Under the pieces are notes generated by a model that made no database searches, had not been told where the DNA came from, and saw only the letters and a list, made by a program, of their open reading frames with translations. From NCBI GenBank assembly GCA_963790025.1, contig CAWBMP010000005.1, forward strand, positions 224,001 through 288,000: 64,000 nt of DNA, read 5' to 3'. The translations under genes and the position numbers were made by a program. Positions 1 to 11,882 of this stretch are shown piece by piece; the stretch's first letter is position 1; the number at the start of each line of letters is the position of its first letter. Origin of the DNA: Nitrospirota bacterium. GTDB lineage: Bacteria > Nitrospirota > Thermodesulfovibrionia > Thermodesulfovibrionales > Dissulfurispiraceae.

Positions 1-1
1 C

Positions 2-1519
2 CAGCACGGTTACTGGGCAGGTGAAGTAGGAACCAGCATAGCCGGCACAGTGCCGGTAGTCGGAGACCTGCAAAAACAATTGCTGCGCGGAGGTGAGGGC
101 ATGGGACAGTTGACACTTTCCCGTTTTTTTGTCTTGCACACCTCTGTCCTGCCGCTGATGCTCCTCGGTATGTTTGGAATACATTTTATTGCCTTCAAGT
201 TCCGTGGGGCCACGGGTCCATGGGATGCGCGGAAAAGGAAGGTGAATGGACCCTTCTGGCCGGACCAGGCATTTAAGGACGTAATTACCGGAACCGGTAT
301 CTTTGTTCTGCTCATCTTTCTTTCGGTATTTGTCCGGCCTGTTTTCTGGGGGCCTGTCGACATTCTGGACACGAGTTATGTGCCAAAACCTGATTGGAAT
401 TTTCTCTTTCTATACCAGTCGCTGAAGTATTTTCAGGGACCGCTCGAACCTGTCGGCACCGTGGGGGTGCCTCAAGTCATAGTAACGCTTCTCGTCTTGT
501 TGCCTTTTATTGACCGCAATCCTGAAAAGAACCCATTCCGCCGGCCTTTTGTTATGTTATGTGGTCTTATTTTTGCCGCAACAATCACTACTCTGACGTT
601 TCTCGGCTATTACAGCCGGGGCTTTGCCGAGATGCCGGGCGCGAGTTCTGCAACGCCTGTAAAACAATCAGCGGCGGGGAACCTGCAGCAGGCACAAAGC
701 GGCGCCGATTTAAAAGTATTTCAATCTGCCGGATGCACGGCTTGCCATGCTGTGGAAGGCACGGGCGGCACCGCGGGTCCGGCATTGTCGAGGGCGTCAC
801 TCAGCGGGAAAGGCCGCGAATGGACTGTCCAGCAGATACGCAACCCAAGATCACATAATCCCAATACCATCATGCCTGCATTCACCTCTCTGTCCGGTCA
901 GCAGGTTGACACAATAGTTTCATTTCTCGTCGGTCCGGGTGAACGTCAAGGCAGTGCCGCGAAAACTGCCGCTACAGTGCAGCAGTCACCGCAGACTGAA
1001 AATCGGAAAAAACCGGGAGAAGAGCGTTCTGTCCCCGTACAAGCAGAGTCATGGGTCGTGGCTGGAGAAGCCGCGCACGTGATCGGTAATAGCGAACGAG
1101 GTGGCACAGCATTTAAAAATTATTGTTCCAGTTGCCATGGAATTAAAGGGACTGCCGGTATTCCGAATCCCGGTTCCGATCGAGGCAAGGTACCGCGGCT
1201 CACTCCTATAGAGCGTGAATTATACAGCAAAGACCCGAAGGTCTTCGCGCAAAATATAGACCGCTTTATACAGCACGGCTCGGTGCCTTCCGGCGACAGG
1301 CCTTCGCTCAGCATGCCTGCCTTCGGCGATACCCATGCGATTACACAGCAGGAGATCGCTAATATCGAGGCATATGTCATGAGCTTAAACGGCGTTGACC
1401 GTGCGCAGATTATCAATCCTGGAATGGAGCCGCGCAGTTTCTTTATTTTGGTCGCTGCCGTTTATGTTCTCATACTTTTCATTCAGGGTGGTTTGAGGGT
1501 AAAGAGGAATATTATCTAA
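2..1519 (+). CDS. Cytochrome b (bc-complex type) fused to two c-type heme domains; 5'-truncated by the window
   Basis: Frame open from base 2 (QHGYWAGEVG, like the cyt b QxSYWA motif); RFFVLH heme ligand; PKPDW (PEWY-like Qo motif); two CxxCH motifs (CTACH, CSSCH); C-terminal TM helix. Confidence 0.88.
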   Translation, partial: QHGYWAGEVGTSIAGTVPVVGDLQKQLLRGGEGMGQLTLSRFFVLHTSVLPLMLLGMFGIHFIAFKFRGATGPWDARKRKVNGPFWPDQAFKDVITGTGIFVLLIFLSVFVRPVFWGPVDILDTSYVPKPDWNFLFLYQSLKYFQGPLEPVGTVGVPQVIVTLLVLLPFIDRNPEKNPFRRPFVMLCGLIFAATITTLTFLGYYSRGFAEMPGASSATPVKQSAAGNLQQAQSGADLKVFQSAGCTACHAVEGTGGTAGPALSRASLSGKGREWTVQQIRNPRSHNPNTIMPAFTSLSGQQVDTIVSFLVGPGERQGSAAKTAATVQQSPQTENRKKPGEERSVPVQAESWVVAGEAAHVIGNSERGGTAFKNYCSSCHGIKGTAGIPNPGSDRGKVPRLTPIERELYSKDPKVFAQNIDRFIQHGSVPSGDRPSLSMPAFGDTHAITQQEIANIEAYVMSLNGVDRAQIINPGMEPRSFFILVAAVYVLILFIQGGLRVKRNII

Positions 1520-1618
1520 AACAGGCCATAGGAAAAGGTCAAAGGTTAACTGTCAGCGGTCAACTGGAAAAGGCCTGTCGCATATAGCGTGCAGCCGGAT
1601 TATTGAAAGGATAAAAAC

Positions 1619-2587
1619 ATGCAAATAGGAATGATCGGACTTGGGAAAATGGGGATGAATATGGCAAAACGCCTGCTCAAGGGCAGGCATGCGGTCATTT
1701 TGTACGACCAATCTCCTGGAATGGCCAAAAAGGCCGCGCAGAGGACACGGGGGGCCAGGGCCGCATCTTCGCTTGAGGAGACGGCTGCTCTTCTGAAACC
1801 GCCGCGCGTTGTATGGCTGATGATCCCGGCCGGCAAGCCTGTTGACGATACTATCGGGTATCTGAAAGGAGTGCTTGGCGATGGAGACCTTGTCATTGAC
1901 GGTGGGAACAGCTTTTACAAGGACGATATACGGCATGCGCAGCAACTGGGAGAACGCGGCATAAGGTATATGGATGTCGGTGTCAGCGGCGGTATATGGG
2001 GACTCAAAGAGGGATACTGTCTGATGGCAGGGGGAGACAAAAAAGATTATAAACATATAGAGCCGATATTGAAGACCCTTGCTCCAAAAGGGGGCTATCT
2101 GTACTGCGGTCCCGTCGGTGCAGGACATTTTGTGAAAATGGTGCACAACGGCATTGAGTACGGCCTCATGGCCGCTTATGGAGAAGGGTTCCAGATTTTA
2201 CATGGCTCGCCTTACTCTGCAGATCTGGAACTTGGAAATATTGCTCGTCTCTGGAACCGCGGCAGTGTGGTGAGGTCCTGGCTGCTCGAACTTGTGGAAG
2301 ACGTTTTCAAGCAGGATAAGGACCTTTCCCGGATCAAGGGATACGTGGAGGATTCAGGTGAAGGGCGGTGGACCGTAGAGCAGGCGATTGAGTCCGGCGT
2401 CCCTGCGCCGCTGACAGCGATAGCGCTGTTTGACAGATTTCGTTCCAGAGAGACCGAGTCCTTTTCGGATAAACTGCAGGCGGCCTTGCGAAAAGAATTC
2501 GGCGGCCACGCCGTTGTAACGGAAGGTCAAAAGCAAGCAGACGGACGGGCGAAAAAAACAGGGCGTTTAAGAGGCGGGAAGGCATGA
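1619..2587 (+). CDS. gnd: 6-phosphogluconate dehydrogenase, decarboxylating, short form
   Basis: GMIGLGKMG Rossmann motif, IDGGNS, DVGVSGG, GAGHFVKMVHNGIEYG, DSGEGRWT, FGGH. Confidence 0.95.
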   Translation: MQIGMIGLGKMGMNMAKRLLKGRHAVILYDQSPGMAKKAAQRTRGARAASSLEETAALLKPPRVVWLMIPAGKPVDDTIGYLKGVLGDGDLVIDGGNSFYKDDIRHAQQLGERGIRYMDVGVSGGIWGLKEGYCLMAGGDKKDYKHIEPILKTLAPKGGYLYCGPVGAGHFVKMVHNGIEYGLMAAYGEGFQILHGSPYSADLELGNIARLWNRGSVVRSWLLELVEDVFKQDKDLSRIKGYVEDSGEGRWTVEQAIESGVPAPLTAIALFDRFRSRETESFSDKLQAALRKEFGGHAVVTEGQKQADGRAKKTGRLRGGKA

Positions 2588-2994
2588 ATATGCAGCCGGC
2601 ACATACAGTTGCCCTCTGGCCTCTGGCAGTTTACTTTGCTGCTGTCATCGGTCTCATTGCATCCATGATCGTCATTTCCTACGTTCTGGGTCAGAGGCAT
2701 AAAGATCGGCTGACAGGAGAGCCGTATGAGTCGGGCATTATGCCGACGGGTTCTGCACATGTGCGCTTCGATATCAAGTTCTATCTCGTCTCCATGTTCT
2801 TTGTAATATTTGATCTCGAAGCCGTCTTTATCTATGCATGGGCTGTTTCTGTCCGTGAGGTCGGATGGGCCGGGTACGTTGAAATATTGATCTTCATCGG
2901 AATACTGATGTCCGGACTTGTCTATCTGTGGAGAATCGGCGCGCTGGACTGGGGCACGAGTAAGAGACTGGAAATAAAAACCAAAAAAAATTAA
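2584..2994 (+). CDS. nuoA: NADH-quinone oxidoreductase subunit A
   Basis: PYESG, FYLVSMFFVIFDLE, GALDW; ATGA overlap with gnd stop. Confidence 0.95.
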   Translation: MNMQPAHTVALWPLAVYFAAVIGLIASMIVISYVLGQRHKDRLTGEPYESGIMPTGSAHVRFDIKFYLVSMFFVIFDLEAVFIYAWAVSVREVGWAGYVEILIFIGILMSGLVYLWRIGALDWGTSKRLEIKTKKN

Positions 2995-3116
2995 ACCACA
3001 GAGGCTTGGAGACACGGAGAAAGATGCTGATAAGAAGAAAAGGATCAGAGGAAAACCTGGAATAATGCCTTTTCACTTTTTAAATATTGTCTCTGCGACT
3101 CTGTGTCTCTGTGGTT
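2994..3116. repeat. Intergenic palindromic element AACCACAGAG...CTCTGTGGTT
   Basis: Perfect 10-bp terminal inverted repeat (2994-3003 / 3107-3116) with periodic CACRGAG / CTCTGYG subunits. Confidence 0.75.
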
Positions 3117-3139
3117 GATTCTTAAAGGGGAAGTTCGGT

Positions 3140-3772
3140 ATGCAATGGTCACTACATAAGCCAGGGGACCCGGGGAGGCCCGATGCAGATCCTCACGTAG
3201 ACGCTGTCAGGGGCAACCTTGTTTTTACCCGTCTTCAGGACCTTATTGCATGGGGCAGGAAGAATTCGATCTGGCCTTTCAATTTCGGACTTTCCTGCTG
3301 TTTTGTTGAAATGGCTACAAGCCTTACAAGCAAGTATGATATTGCCAGGTTCGGCGCCGAGGTGCTTCGCGCCACTCCCAGAGAGGCAGATCTGATGGTT
3401 ATCGCCGGCACGGTCTTTATAAAGGCGGCGCCGATTGTTGAAAGGCTCTACCAGCAGATGATGCTGCCGAGGTGGGTGATCTCAATGGGATCGTGCGCCA
3501 ACTCGGGGGGGATGTACGACATCTACAGCGTAGTTCAGGGAGTGGATTCGTTTCTTCCCGTAGACGTTTATATACCGGGATGTCCTCCGCGCCCCGAGGC
3601 CTTTATGGATGGGCTCCTTCTGCTCAGAGATGCTGTGGGCAAGGAACGGAGGCCCCTGAGCTGGGTGATAGGACCGCAAGGTGTTGAGCGGCAGGAACGC
3701 CCCATAATGCGCGACCTCAAGAGGGACGCAAGGCGGCAAGTTACTGAATTGCCTTCCCCTGACAAGATATAA
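3140..3772 (+). CDS. nuoB: NADH-quinone oxidoreductase subunit B
   Basis: [29 protein letters not shown] (N2 cluster ligands). Confidence 0.96.
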   Translation: MQWSLHKPGDPGRPDADPHVDAVRGNLVFTRLQDLIAWGRKNSIWPFNFGLSCCFVEMATSLTSKYDIARFGAEVLRATPREADLMVIAGTVFIKAAPIVERLYQQMMLPRWVISMGSCANSGGMYDIYSVVQGVDSFLPVDVYIPGCPPRPEAFMDGLLLLRDAVGKERRPLSWVIGPQGVERQERPIMRDLKRDARRQVTELPSPDKI

Positions 3773-3813
3773 GAACAGGCAAGAGGTTAAAGGTTAAAGG
3801 TAACAGAGTTAAG

Positions 3814-5571
3814 GTGAATGGCGAGGTCGATATCATACGGGAATTGCAGCGCAGGTACGGTGATCAATTTTTTACGGCGCAGACAACGTGCGACGGCGTG
3901 CCTACGCTATGGGTGCAGAAGGAAAAGGTGCGGGATGCGCTCCGATACCTTAATTGTGAAGCGGACCGCCCCTATCGCACATTATATGATCTGACCGCTA
4001 TAGATGAACGTGTCCGCAAGCACCGGCACGACCAGCCTGACAGCGATTTTACGGTAGTCTATCATTTGTTGTCTTATGAGCGTAATGAGGACATTCGAAT
4101 CAAAGTTGCGCTCAAGGGAGAAAATCCTTCTATCGCTACTGTTACGGATGTCTGGCCGTCGGCCGACTGGTATGAGCGTGAACTATGGGACATGTTCGGA
4201 GTAACGGTAGAAGGCCATCCCAACCTTCGCAGGATCCTGATGCCCCCGCTCTGGAAGGGCCATCCCCTTCGCAAAGAACATCCTGCCCGCGGCACCGAAC
4301 TGGGTCCTTTTCCCCTGACGGTGAAGAGGGAGGAGGCCGAAGAACAGGCGTTGAAATTCAGACCTGAGGATTTGGGTTTGGGAGGTGAAGGCGGGCTGCC
4401 CGACGGGACCGAGTTGATGTACCTCAACCTCGGGCCTCACCATGCCGGGACGCACGGCATACTCCGCATCATGCTCGCTCTCGATGGCGAGGAAATCACC
4501 GATGCGGTACTCGATATCGGTTATCACCATCGCGGGGCTGAGAAAATGGGTGAGCGGCAGTCCTGGCATACCTTTATACCTTATACTGACCGCATTGATT
4601 ATATGGCCGGGGTTTTGAATAACTTTCCCTATGTCCTGGCTGTGGAAAAACTTGCCGGCATTGAGGTGCCTGACAGGGCAAAAGTGATAAGGATCATGAT
4701 TGCCGAACTGTTCCGCATTATCAGCCATCTTGTCTTTTACGGCACTTTTGCGCAGGATGTGGGTCAGCTTTCTCCGGTATTTTTTACGTTCAGCGACCGC
4801 GAACGCGCCTTTGATATTATTCAGGCCATATGCGGAGGCCGTATGCATCCAAGCTGGTTCAGGATCGGCGGTGTGGCACAGGACCTGCCGGACGGCTGGG
4901 ACTCCATAATGCGCGATTTTCTCACGTATCTGCCCTCAAGACTTGACGAGTACGATAAGATGGTTATGCAGAACAGCATTATAAAAGGCCGCACTAAAGG
5001 TGTCGGGACTATCACCCTCGATGAAGCAATTCAATGGGGCGTCACCGGTCCCAACCTCCGCGCCTGCGGCTTTGAATGGGACTTCAGGAAAAAAAGGCCA
5101 TACTCGGGATATGAACAGTTTGAATTCGATGTCCCTACCGGTGTGAACGGGGACTGCTATGACAGGGTGGCAGTGCGCGTTCAGGAAATGCGCGAGAGTT
5201 TGCGCATTATCGGGCAGTGTATCGACAATATGCCGCCGGGCCCTTACAAATCGGACCATCCGCTGGCAACACCCCCGCTTAAGGAACACACGATGCACGA
5301 CATAGAAACGCTCATCACTCACTTTCTCAATGTAAGCTGGGGGCCTGTTGTTCCTCCTGGTGAGGCTGCGGCGGGCATAGAGGGTGCAAAAGGGAACAAT
5401 ACATATTATCTTATCAGCGACGGCAATACATCATCATATCGCACACGCATCCGCACCCCGTCCTTCCCCAATCTGCAGACCGTGCCTTTGATGGCCCGCG
5501 GTCTGGAGATTGCTGACCTGATAGCTATTATAGCTACCATCGATTACGTCCTGGGAGATGTGGACAGATGA
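3814..5571 (+). CDS. nuoCD: NADH-quinone oxidoreductase fused subunit C/D
   Basis: [11 protein letters not shown] and GHPLRKE (NuoC part); [20 protein letters not shown] and C-terminal DVDR (NuoD part). Confidence 0.95.
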   Translation: MNGEVDIIRELQRRYGDQFFTAQTTCDGVPTLWVQKEKVRDALRYLNCEADRPYRTLYDLTAIDERVRKHRHDQPDSDFTVVYHLLSYERNEDIRIKVALKGENPSIATVTDVWPSADWYERELWDMFGVTVEGHPNLRRILMPPLWKGHPLRKEHPARGTELGPFPLTVKREEAEEQALKFRPEDLGLGGEGGLPDGTELMYLNLGPHHAGTHGILRIMLALDGEEITDAVLDIGYHHRGAEKMGERQSWHTFIPYTDRIDYMAGVLNNFPYVLAVEKLAGIEVPDRAKVIRIMIAELFRIISHLVFYGTFAQDVGQLSPVFFTFSDRERAFDIIQAICGGRMHPSWFRIGGVAQDLPDGWDSIMRDFLTYLPSRLDEYDKMVMQNSIIKGRTKGVGTITLDEAIQWGVTGPNLRACGFEWDFRKKRPYSGYEQFEFDVPTGVNGDCYDRVAVRVQEMRESLRIIGQCIDNMPPGPYKSDHPLATPPLKEHTMHDIETLITHFLNVSWGPVVPPGEAAAGIEGAKGNNTYYLISDGNTSSYRTRIRTPSFPNLQTVPLMARGLEIADLIAIIATIDYVLGDVDR

Positions 5572-5587
5572 AAAGTAAAAAATATGA

Positions 5588-5719
5588 AACCACAGGGAAC
5601 ACAGAGAACGCCTCTGTAAGAAAGATTAAAGAAAGGATAAAAAGACTATGAGGGCACAGAGAAGAGATTTTTTTAAATCTCTGTATACTTTAGGAAGTTT
5701 CTCTGTGTCCTCTGTGGTT
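5588..5719. repeat. Intergenic palindromic element AACCACAG...CTGTGGTT (second copy of family)
   Basis: 21-bp terminal inverted repeat with 2 mismatches (5588-5608 / 5699-5719); inner AGAGATTT/AAATCTCT hairpin. Confidence 0.75.
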
Positions 5720-5733
5720 AATTTTTTTGAATT

Positions 5734-6210
5734 ATGTTGACGGAAAAGGAAATAGAAGAGATCGAAAAGGAACTCCGGCAGTGCGAGCATAAACGGGCAG
5801 CTTGCGTTGAGGCTCTTAAGATCGTACAGCGTGACCGCGGATGGATTTCCGATGAAAGCATCTGTGAGATTGCCCGGCTCCTGGAGATGACTCCCGAAGA
5901 GCTCGACAGCGTGGCGACTTTTTACAACCTTATTTTCCGCCGGCAGGTGGGCAGCCATGTCATCCTGATTTGCACTACGATAAGCTGTTGGGTGATGGGA
6001 TACGAGGACCTCCTCGATTACTTGCAGGAGCGGCTGGGGATCAAACCCGGAGAAACTACCGCCGACGGCAGGTTCACCTTGCTGCCCGTACCCTGTCTCG
6101 GCGCCTGTGACGGAGCGCCCGCAATCATGATGGATGACCTGCTTTATACCAATGTAAGCCGCGCTATTATTGATGATATGCTCAGCGCCTGTTGCGGGGG
6201 GCAAAGATGA
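5734..6210 (+). CDS. nuoE: NADH-quinone oxidoreductase subunit E
   Basis: VATFYN, CTTISC and CLGAC 2Fe-2S ligands. Confidence 0.95.
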   Translation: MLTEKEIEEIEKELRQCEHKRAACVEALKIVQRDRGWISDESICEIARLLEMTPEELDSVATFYNLIFRRQVGSHVILICTTISCWVMGYEDLLDYLQERLGIKPGETTADGRFTLLPVPCLGACDGAPAIMMDDLLYTNVSRAIIDDMLSACCGGQR

Positions 6211-7490
6211 TGGAATGTCCGCTTACCGGAAACATGAGGTCCGACGGCTTACCTCTGAGCATAAAGGAATACGAAGAGAAGGGCGGTTATCAGGCGGCGA
6301 AGAAGGCAGTGCAGGGCATGGCGCCGAAGGCGGTGCAGGAACTGGTAATGAATGCCAACCTGAGGGGCCGCGGCGGTGCGGGCTTCAACACCGGACAGAA
6401 GTGGAGCTTTGTTCCAATGGGCGATGCAGCGCCGCGTCCGAAGTACCTCATCGTTAATGCCGATGAGATGGAACCCGGAACCTTCAAGGACCGCATGCTG
6501 ATGGAGAAAAACCCGCATCAGCTGATAGAGGGAATGATTATCGGCGCCTTTGCAATACAGGCGGATATCTCTTATATATTCCTGAGGTGCGAATATAAGC
6601 TCGCTGAAAAGCGCCTGGGAGCCGCTATAGCAGAGGCATACGGCCGTCATTATCTAGGGAAGAATGTTTTCGGCTCCGGGTACAGTCTGCAGATGCGTCT
6701 GCATTCCAGCGCTGGCCGGTATATATGCGGCGAGGAAACGGCACTGCTGAATGCGCTGGAAGGGAAGCGGCCTACGCCGAGGGCGAAACCGCCTTTTCCG
6801 CAGGTGAGCGGCTTGTGGGGCAAACCTACGGTCGTTAATAATGTCGAGACACTTTGCAATGTGCCGCATATTGTAGATAAGGGTGCGGAGTGGTACAAGG
6901 GTCTCAGCCGCAGCCAGGACAGTGGGACCAAGATATACGGCGTCAGCGGGAGGGTAAGAAAGCCGGGTTTGTGGGAACTGCCGATGGGAACGACCATGAG
7001 AGAAATAATCGAGGAGCACGCGCGTGGCATGCGGGAAGGGTACCGGTTCCGCAGCGTTATCCCTGGCGGGGCCTCTACGGAGTTTCTCACTGAAGAGCAT
7101 CTGGACCTGAAAATGGATTTCGACTCGGTGCAGAAAGCCGGGAGCCGCCTGGGAACAGGCACAATGATTGTTATCGATGATCATACCTGTCCGGTAGGCG
7201 CCGTGCACAATATAGAGCAATTTTTTGCCCAGGAGTCCTGCGGATGGTGTACGCCATGCAGGGAAGGCTTGCCGTGGGTGGCAAGCATCCTCGGCGCTAT
7301 CGAAAACGGTCAGGGCAGGCCCGAAGATATGGAATTACTGGAACAGCACACAGACACTTTATGGCTGAACAAAACCTATTGTGCACTGGCGCCCGGTGCG
7401 ATGGAGCCCCTTAAGAGTGCGCTGAAAATATTCAGGGACGATTTTATGAGGCATATCACGGAAAAACGCTGTCCGTATAAAGACAGGTAA
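6207..7490 (+). CDS. nuoF: NADH-quinone oxidoreductase subunit F
   Basis: LRGRGGAGF, NADEMEPG, YICGEETAL, ESCGWCTPCREG; ATG at 6207 overlaps nuoE stop. Confidence 0.96.
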   Translation: MMECPLTGNMRSDGLPLSIKEYEEKGGYQAAKKAVQGMAPKAVQELVMNANLRGRGGAGFNTGQKWSFVPMGDAAPRPKYLIVNADEMEPGTFKDRMLMEKNPHQLIEGMIIGAFAIQADISYIFLRCEYKLAEKRLGAAIAEAYGRHYLGKNVFGSGYSLQMRLHSSAGRYICGEETALLNALEGKRPTPRAKPPFPQVSGLWGKPTVVNNVETLCNVPHIVDKGAEWYKGLSRSQDSGTKIYGVSGRVRKPGLWELPMGTTMREIIEEHARGMREGYRFRSVIPGGASTEFLTEEHLDLKMDFDSVQKAGSRLGTGTMIVIDDHTCPVGAVHNIEQFFAQESCGWCTPCREGLPWVASILGAIENGQGRPEDMELLEQHTDTLWLNKTYCALAPGAMEPLKSALKIFRDDFMRHITEKRCPYKDR

Positions 7491-7550
7491 AGGTAGAGGT
7501 AAAGGTTGAGGGTAAGGTCGATAAATGAAGGGACCCGGATTTAATTAGCA

Positions 7551-10289
7551 ATGGCTACTATTTTTATAGACAACAAACCTTATAAGGTTAAAGAGGGGGA
7601 CAACCTGCTCCATGCATGCCTGTCCCTGGGCTTCAATATACCGTATTTCTGCTGGCATCCTGCCATGCATTCGGTAGGGGCCTGCAGGCAGTGTGCGGTA
7701 AAACAATTTAAAGACGAGCACGATACGCGCGGCAGGATAGTAATGTCCTGCATGACACCTGCAGCGGACGGCACGCGCATATCGATTGACGATGATGAAG
7801 TCCGGGCCTTCAGAAAAAGCGTTATCGAGTGGCTGATGACCAATCATCCGCATGACTGTCCTGTCTGCGATGAAGGTGGAGAGTGCCACCTGCAGGATAT
7901 GACTGTAATGACAGGACACAGTTACCGCCGTTTCCGGTTCAAAAAGCGCACTTACCGAAATCAATACCTGGGTCCGTTCGTTAACCACGAAATGAACCGC
8001 TGTATTCAGTGTTACCGTTGCGTCAGGTTTTACCGGGACCATGCAGGGGGACGGGACTTCGATGTTTTTGCAGCGCATAATCATGTATATTTCGGCAGGC
8101 ATGAGGATGGCGTCCTGGGAAATGAGTTCAGCGGCAACCTTGTTGAGATATGTCCTACAGGCGTTTTTACCGACAAGACGCTTAAGCGCCATTACTCCCG
8201 CAAATGGGATTTGCAGACCGCTCCATCCATATGTGTGCATTGCGGAATTGGTTGCAACACTATTCCCGGAGAGCGGTATGGACACCTGAGGCGGATACAA
8301 AACCGTTATAACGGCGCTGTAAATGGATATTTTCTGTGCGACCGGGGACGCTATGGGTATGAGTTTGTTAACGATGAGCGCCGAATAAGGGAGCCCCTGA
8401 TCAAACGCCTGCCCCAGCATGCATTAAGCGGCGGTCCCGGCCTTCCTGTTCCAAAGGGAGAGGTCATGCAGCACCTGTCGCGGTTTTTCTATTTCGGCGC
8501 ACGGGTAATCGGCATCGGTTCTCCCCGTGCTTCGCTTGAAGCAAATTTTGCCCTTCGCTCGCTCGTCGGAGAAGAACATTTTTATCCGGGACTATCTGAA
8601 ATGGATGCTCTCCTGCTGGCCAAAATCATAAAGATACTCGAAGAAGGGCCTGCCCGTTCCCCTTCACTGCATGAGGCCGGGGCAGCCGACGCGGTTTTTG
8701 TTCTCGGTGAGGATGTGACCAATTCAGCGCCCATGCTGGCCCTTGCATTGCGCCAGTCAGTAAGGCGCGGGCCGATGGAAATTGCGAGGCGGCTGCATAT
8801 CCCGGAATGGGATGACGCTGCAGTGCGCGGGGCAGTTCAGCAGGAAAGAGGGCCGCTTTTCCTTGCGACGCCTTACAGTACAAAGCTCGATGACGTGTCC
8901 ACTCACGCATATCATGCAGCCCCTGATGACCTGGCGCGGCTTGGATTCGCAGTGGCCCATGAGCTGGATAGCAGTTCTCCGGCAGTGAAAGGTTTGCCGA
9001 AAAAGCTTCATATACTCGCTGTTGACATCGCACAGGCCTTAAGTCGGGCCCAACAGCCGCTTATAGTTTCGGGCACCGGCAGCGGCAGCGGGGCTGTAAT
9101 TGAGGCTGCTGCCAATATTGCGTGGGCGCTTTGCAAGGAGGGCCGTGCAGCAGGCCTCTCATTTGCCGCACCAGAATGCAACAGCCTCGGACTGGCGCTT
9201 ATGGGAAAAGGAAGTGTGAACGATGCATTCAAGGCAGTGCATGACGGCGCAGTGGATACGGCAATTGTTCTTGAAAATGATCTGTACCGGAGGGCGGAGA
9301 CAGAAGAGGTGAACAGGTTTTTCGACCGCTTGCGCCACGTGATTGTTATAGACCATAACGCTACTGAAACAGTTTCAAGGGCCGATATTGTGGTTCCAGC
9401 CGCCACCTTTGCAGAAGGGGATGGAACACTGGTGAATAACGAGGGTCGGGCACAGCGGTTCTATCAGGTTTTTGTGCCTGACGGAGACATACAGGAGAGC
9501 TGGCGCTGGCTGCGGGATGTCATGACTGCTGCCGGACGCCCGGGCGCAAAGGAATGGACGGGTCTGGATGATGTTGGACAATCCATGTCACTGGCGATGA
9601 CTAAAGCCATGCCTGCTTTCCGGGAGATAGCAAAGGCATCACCTCCCTCAGGATTCCGCATAGTGGGACAGAAAATTCCTCGTCAGCCTCACCGGTACAG
9701 CGGGCGAACAGCCATGCGTGCAGATATTTCCGTACATGAGCCGAAGCCTCCTGCGGACCCGGATTCGCCTCTTTCCTTTTCCATGGAAGGATTCGCGGGG
9801 GAACCGCCTGCCGCACTCATTTCCCGATTCTGGGCGCCGGGCTGGAACTCGGTGCAGGCGGTGAACAAATTTCAGAGTGAGATAGGAGGCCCGCTGCATG
9901 ACGGAGATCCGGGGCAGCGGCTTTTGGAACCGAACAAGGAAAGCGTGGTCCCCTATTTCAGCACGGCGCCGGAGGCCTTTTCAGTACGCGAAAATGCTTT
10001 GTTCTTTGTGAGAATGTCCCATATATTCGGTTCAGAGGAACTGAGTGCCGTTAGTCCCGCTATCAAGGAGCGCTCCCCTGCGCCGTACCTAGGGATCAGG
10101 CCGGGGGATGCCGCACTTTTACAGATAGGTGAAGGAGAAGAGACGCAGCTCAATATAAACGGCACGGATTATGTTCTGCCGGTCAAGTACCTGCATGAAC
10201 TGCCGGCCGGAGTAGGCGCGCTGCCTGCGGGGTTGCGAGGGCTCGAAGGAGTTTCACTGCCTGCATGGGGGAGCATAAAGAAACCATGA
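7551..10289 (+). CDS. nuoG: NADH-quinone oxidoreductase subunit G (long form with N7 cluster motif)
   Basis: [44 protein letters not shown]...CDRGR. Confidence 0.95.
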   Translation: MATIFIDNKPYKVKEGDNLLHACLSLGFNIPYFCWHPAMHSVGACRQCAVKQFKDEHDTRGRIVMSCMTPAADGTRISIDDDEVRAFRKSVIEWLMTNHPHDCPVCDEGGECHLQDMTVMTGHSYRRFRFKKRTYRNQYLGPFVNHEMNRCIQCYRCVRFYRDHAGGRDFDVFAAHNHVYFGRHEDGVLGNEFSGNLVEICPTGVFTDKTLKRHYSRKWDLQTAPSICVHCGIGCNTIPGERYGHLRRIQNRYNGAVNGYFLCDRGRYGYEFVNDERRIREPLIKRLPQHALSGGPGLPVPKGEVMQHLSRFFYFGARVIGIGSPRASLEANFALRSLVGEEHFYPGLSEMDALLLAKIIKILEEGPARSPSLHEAGAADAVFVLGEDVTNSAPMLALALRQSVRRGPMEIARRLHIPEWDDAAVRGAVQQERGPLFLATPYSTKLDDVSTHAYHAAPDDLARLGFAVAHELDSSSPAVKGLPKKLHILAVDIAQALSRAQQPLIVSGTGSGSGAVIEAAANIAWALCKEGRAAGLSFAAPECNSLGLALMGKGSVNDAFKAVHDGAVDTAIVLENDLYRRAETEEVNRFFDRLRHVIVIDHNATETVSRADIVVPAATFAEGDGTLVNNEGRAQRFYQVFVPDGDIQESWRWLRDVMTAAGRPGAKEWTGLDDVGQSMSLAMTKAMPAFREIAKASPPSGFRIVGQKIPRQPHRYSGRTAMRADISVHEPKPPADPDSPLSFSMEGFAGEPPAALISRFWAPGWNSVQAVNKFQSEIGGPLHDGDPGQRLLEPNKESVVPYFSTAPEAFSVRENALFFVRMSHIFGSEELSAVSPAIKERSPAPYLGIRPGDAALLQIGEGEETQLNINGTDYVLPVKYLHELPAGVGALPAGLRGLEGVSLPAWGSIKKP

Positions 10290-11230
10290 ATATACTGATA
10301 CCGCTTGCAATTATCATAGGTGTACTTTTTGTCCTGACAACTATCAGCGCCGGACTTATCTGGCTTGAGCGCAGATTGCTGGCCTTATGGCAGGACCGTT
10401 ATGGACCGAACCGGGTCGGTCCTTTCGGCTTGTTGCAGGTGGCAGCCGATATGGTCAAAATTTTCTTCAAGGAGGATTGGACCCCGCCGTTTGCCGATAA
10501 GACGGTATTTATACTGGCGCCTGCCATTATTATGATCAGTGTCTTCATGTCTTTTGCCGTCATCCCCTTTGCTCCGGGTATCGTCATTGCCGATATGAAT
10601 ATAGGCGTGCTCTTCTTTCTTGCCATGTCTTCATTGGGTGTCTACAGCGTTGTGCTGGCTGGATGGGCCTCGGACAGCAAATACTCGCTTCTTGGCGGCG
10701 TTCGTGCCGCTGCCCAGATGGTCAGTTATGAAGTTTTCATGGGCTTGTCGCTTATGGGAGTAGTGATACTGACCGGATCATTTAGTATCGGCGAAATTGT
10801 CGAGGCGCAGCGGGGGATGTGGTTTGTTGTTCCCCAGTTTGCCGGGTTCGTGATCTTCTTCATTGCCGGAGTCGCCGAAACTCACCGCTTGCCTTTTGAC
10901 CTGCCTGAATCTGAGAACGAGCTTGTGGCTGGATATCATACGGAGTATTCGGGGATGAAATTCGGCATGTTCTTTGTCGGCGAGTACCTGGGGATAACGC
11001 TCATTTCAGCGCTTGTTACTGTATTGTTTTTCGGCGGATGGCTCGGCCCGGTATTGCCGCCGGTAGTATGGTTTTTTCTTAAAACATTTATTTTCATCTG
11101 TTTGTTCATACTTTTAAGGGCGTCATTTCCGAGACCGCGCTATGATCAACTGATGTTCCTGGCGTGGAAGGTAATGCTGCCGCTGGCGTTATTGAATGTT
11201 GTCATTACAGGAGCACTAGTGCTCCTGTAA
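10286..11230 (+). CDS. nuoH: NADH-quinone oxidoreductase subunit H
   Basis: ERR...[38 protein letters not shown] overlaps nuoG stop. Confidence 0.96.
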   Translation: MNILIPLAIIIGVLFVLTTISAGLIWLERRLLALWQDRYGPNRVGPFGLLQVAADMVKIFFKEDWTPPFADKTVFILAPAIIMISVFMSFAVIPFAPGIVIADMNIGVLFFLAMSSLGVYSVVLAGWASDSKYSLLGGVRAAAQMVSYEVFMGLSLMGVVILTGSFSIGEIVEAQRGMWFVVPQFAGFVIFFIAGVAETHRLPFDLPESENELVAGYHTEYSGMKFGMFFVGEYLGITLISALVTVLFFGGWLGPVLPPVVWFFLKTFIFICLFILLRASFPRPRYDQLMFLAWKVMLPLALLNVVITGALVLL

Positions 11231-11235
11231 TGACA
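11200..11235. repeat. Perfect 36-bp spacerless palindrome spanning the nuoH stop
   Basis: TGTCATTACAGGAGCACTAGTGCTCCTGTAATGACA equals its own reverse complement. Confidence 0.95.
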
Positions 11236-11349
11236 GGTAAAAGTAAAGGTAGAGGCAGGTAGAGGTAGAGGTAGAGGTAAAAAAAGTATGAGTAATAGTA
11301 AACAGACTTGGAAGTTGCTTTGGCTATACCTTTACCTGTGCCTATGCCT
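11235..11349. repeat. Hexamer-periodic inverted repeat element (AGGTAR)n...(YTACCT)n
   Basis: Tandem AGGTAG/AGGTAA units at 11235-11278 and complementary units at 11324-11349. Confidence 0.75.
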
Positions 11350-11366
11350 GATTTCAGGGGGGAGCG

Positions 11367-11882
11367 ATGTTTAGTCTGATTAAAGGCGCATGGACCGTTT
11401 TGCTCCATATGTTCAGTCCGAGAGTGACAGTCCAGTATCCGGATGCGAAACCATATGTGCCGCCCAGATGGAGAGGCCGCATCATTCTTTCCCGGGACCC
11501 TGATGGCGGAGAGCGCTGCGTGGCATGCTATCTGTGCGCTGCCGCGTGTCCTGTAGACTGCATTGCGCTGCAGGCCGCAGAGGACGACAAGGGCAGGCGC
11601 TATCCTGAATTTTTCCGGATCAACTTTTCGCGGTGTATCTTTTGCGGTTTTTGCGAGGAGGCGTGCCCTACTTATGCCATCCAGCTCACTACCGATTATG
11701 AGATGAGCGAATACAAGCGTGCTTCTCTTGTATACGAGAAAGAAGATTTGCTCATAAGTGGGACGGGGAAATACCCCGGCTATAACTTTTACCGGGTCGC
11801 AGGACCGGCAATAGGCGGCAAGGACAAAGGCGAAGCCGAGCATGAGGGGCCGCCGGTGGATGTGAAAAGTCTTCTGCCGTAG
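11367..11882 (+). CDS. nuoI: NADH-quinone oxidoreductase subunit I
   Basis: Two CxxCxxCxxxCP motifs ([24 protein letters not shown]). Confidence 0.96.
   Translation: MFSLIKGAWTVLLHMFSPRVTVQYPDAKPYVPPRWRGRIILSRDPDGGERCVACYLCAAACPVDCIALQAAEDDKGRRYPEFFRINFSRCIFCGFCEEACPTYAIQLTTDYEMSEYKRASLVYEKEDLLISGTGKYPGYNFYRVAGPAIGGKDKGEAEHEGPPVDVKSLLP

Noticed and set aside
6207..7490. NADPH-specific complex I
   Set aside because: NuoF retains the CGEE glutamates typical of NADH-specific enzymes
7545..8420. 291-aa minus-strand ORF and similar antisense ORFs across nuo, copA and htrA
   Set aside because: Fully overlap well-supported genes on the other strand
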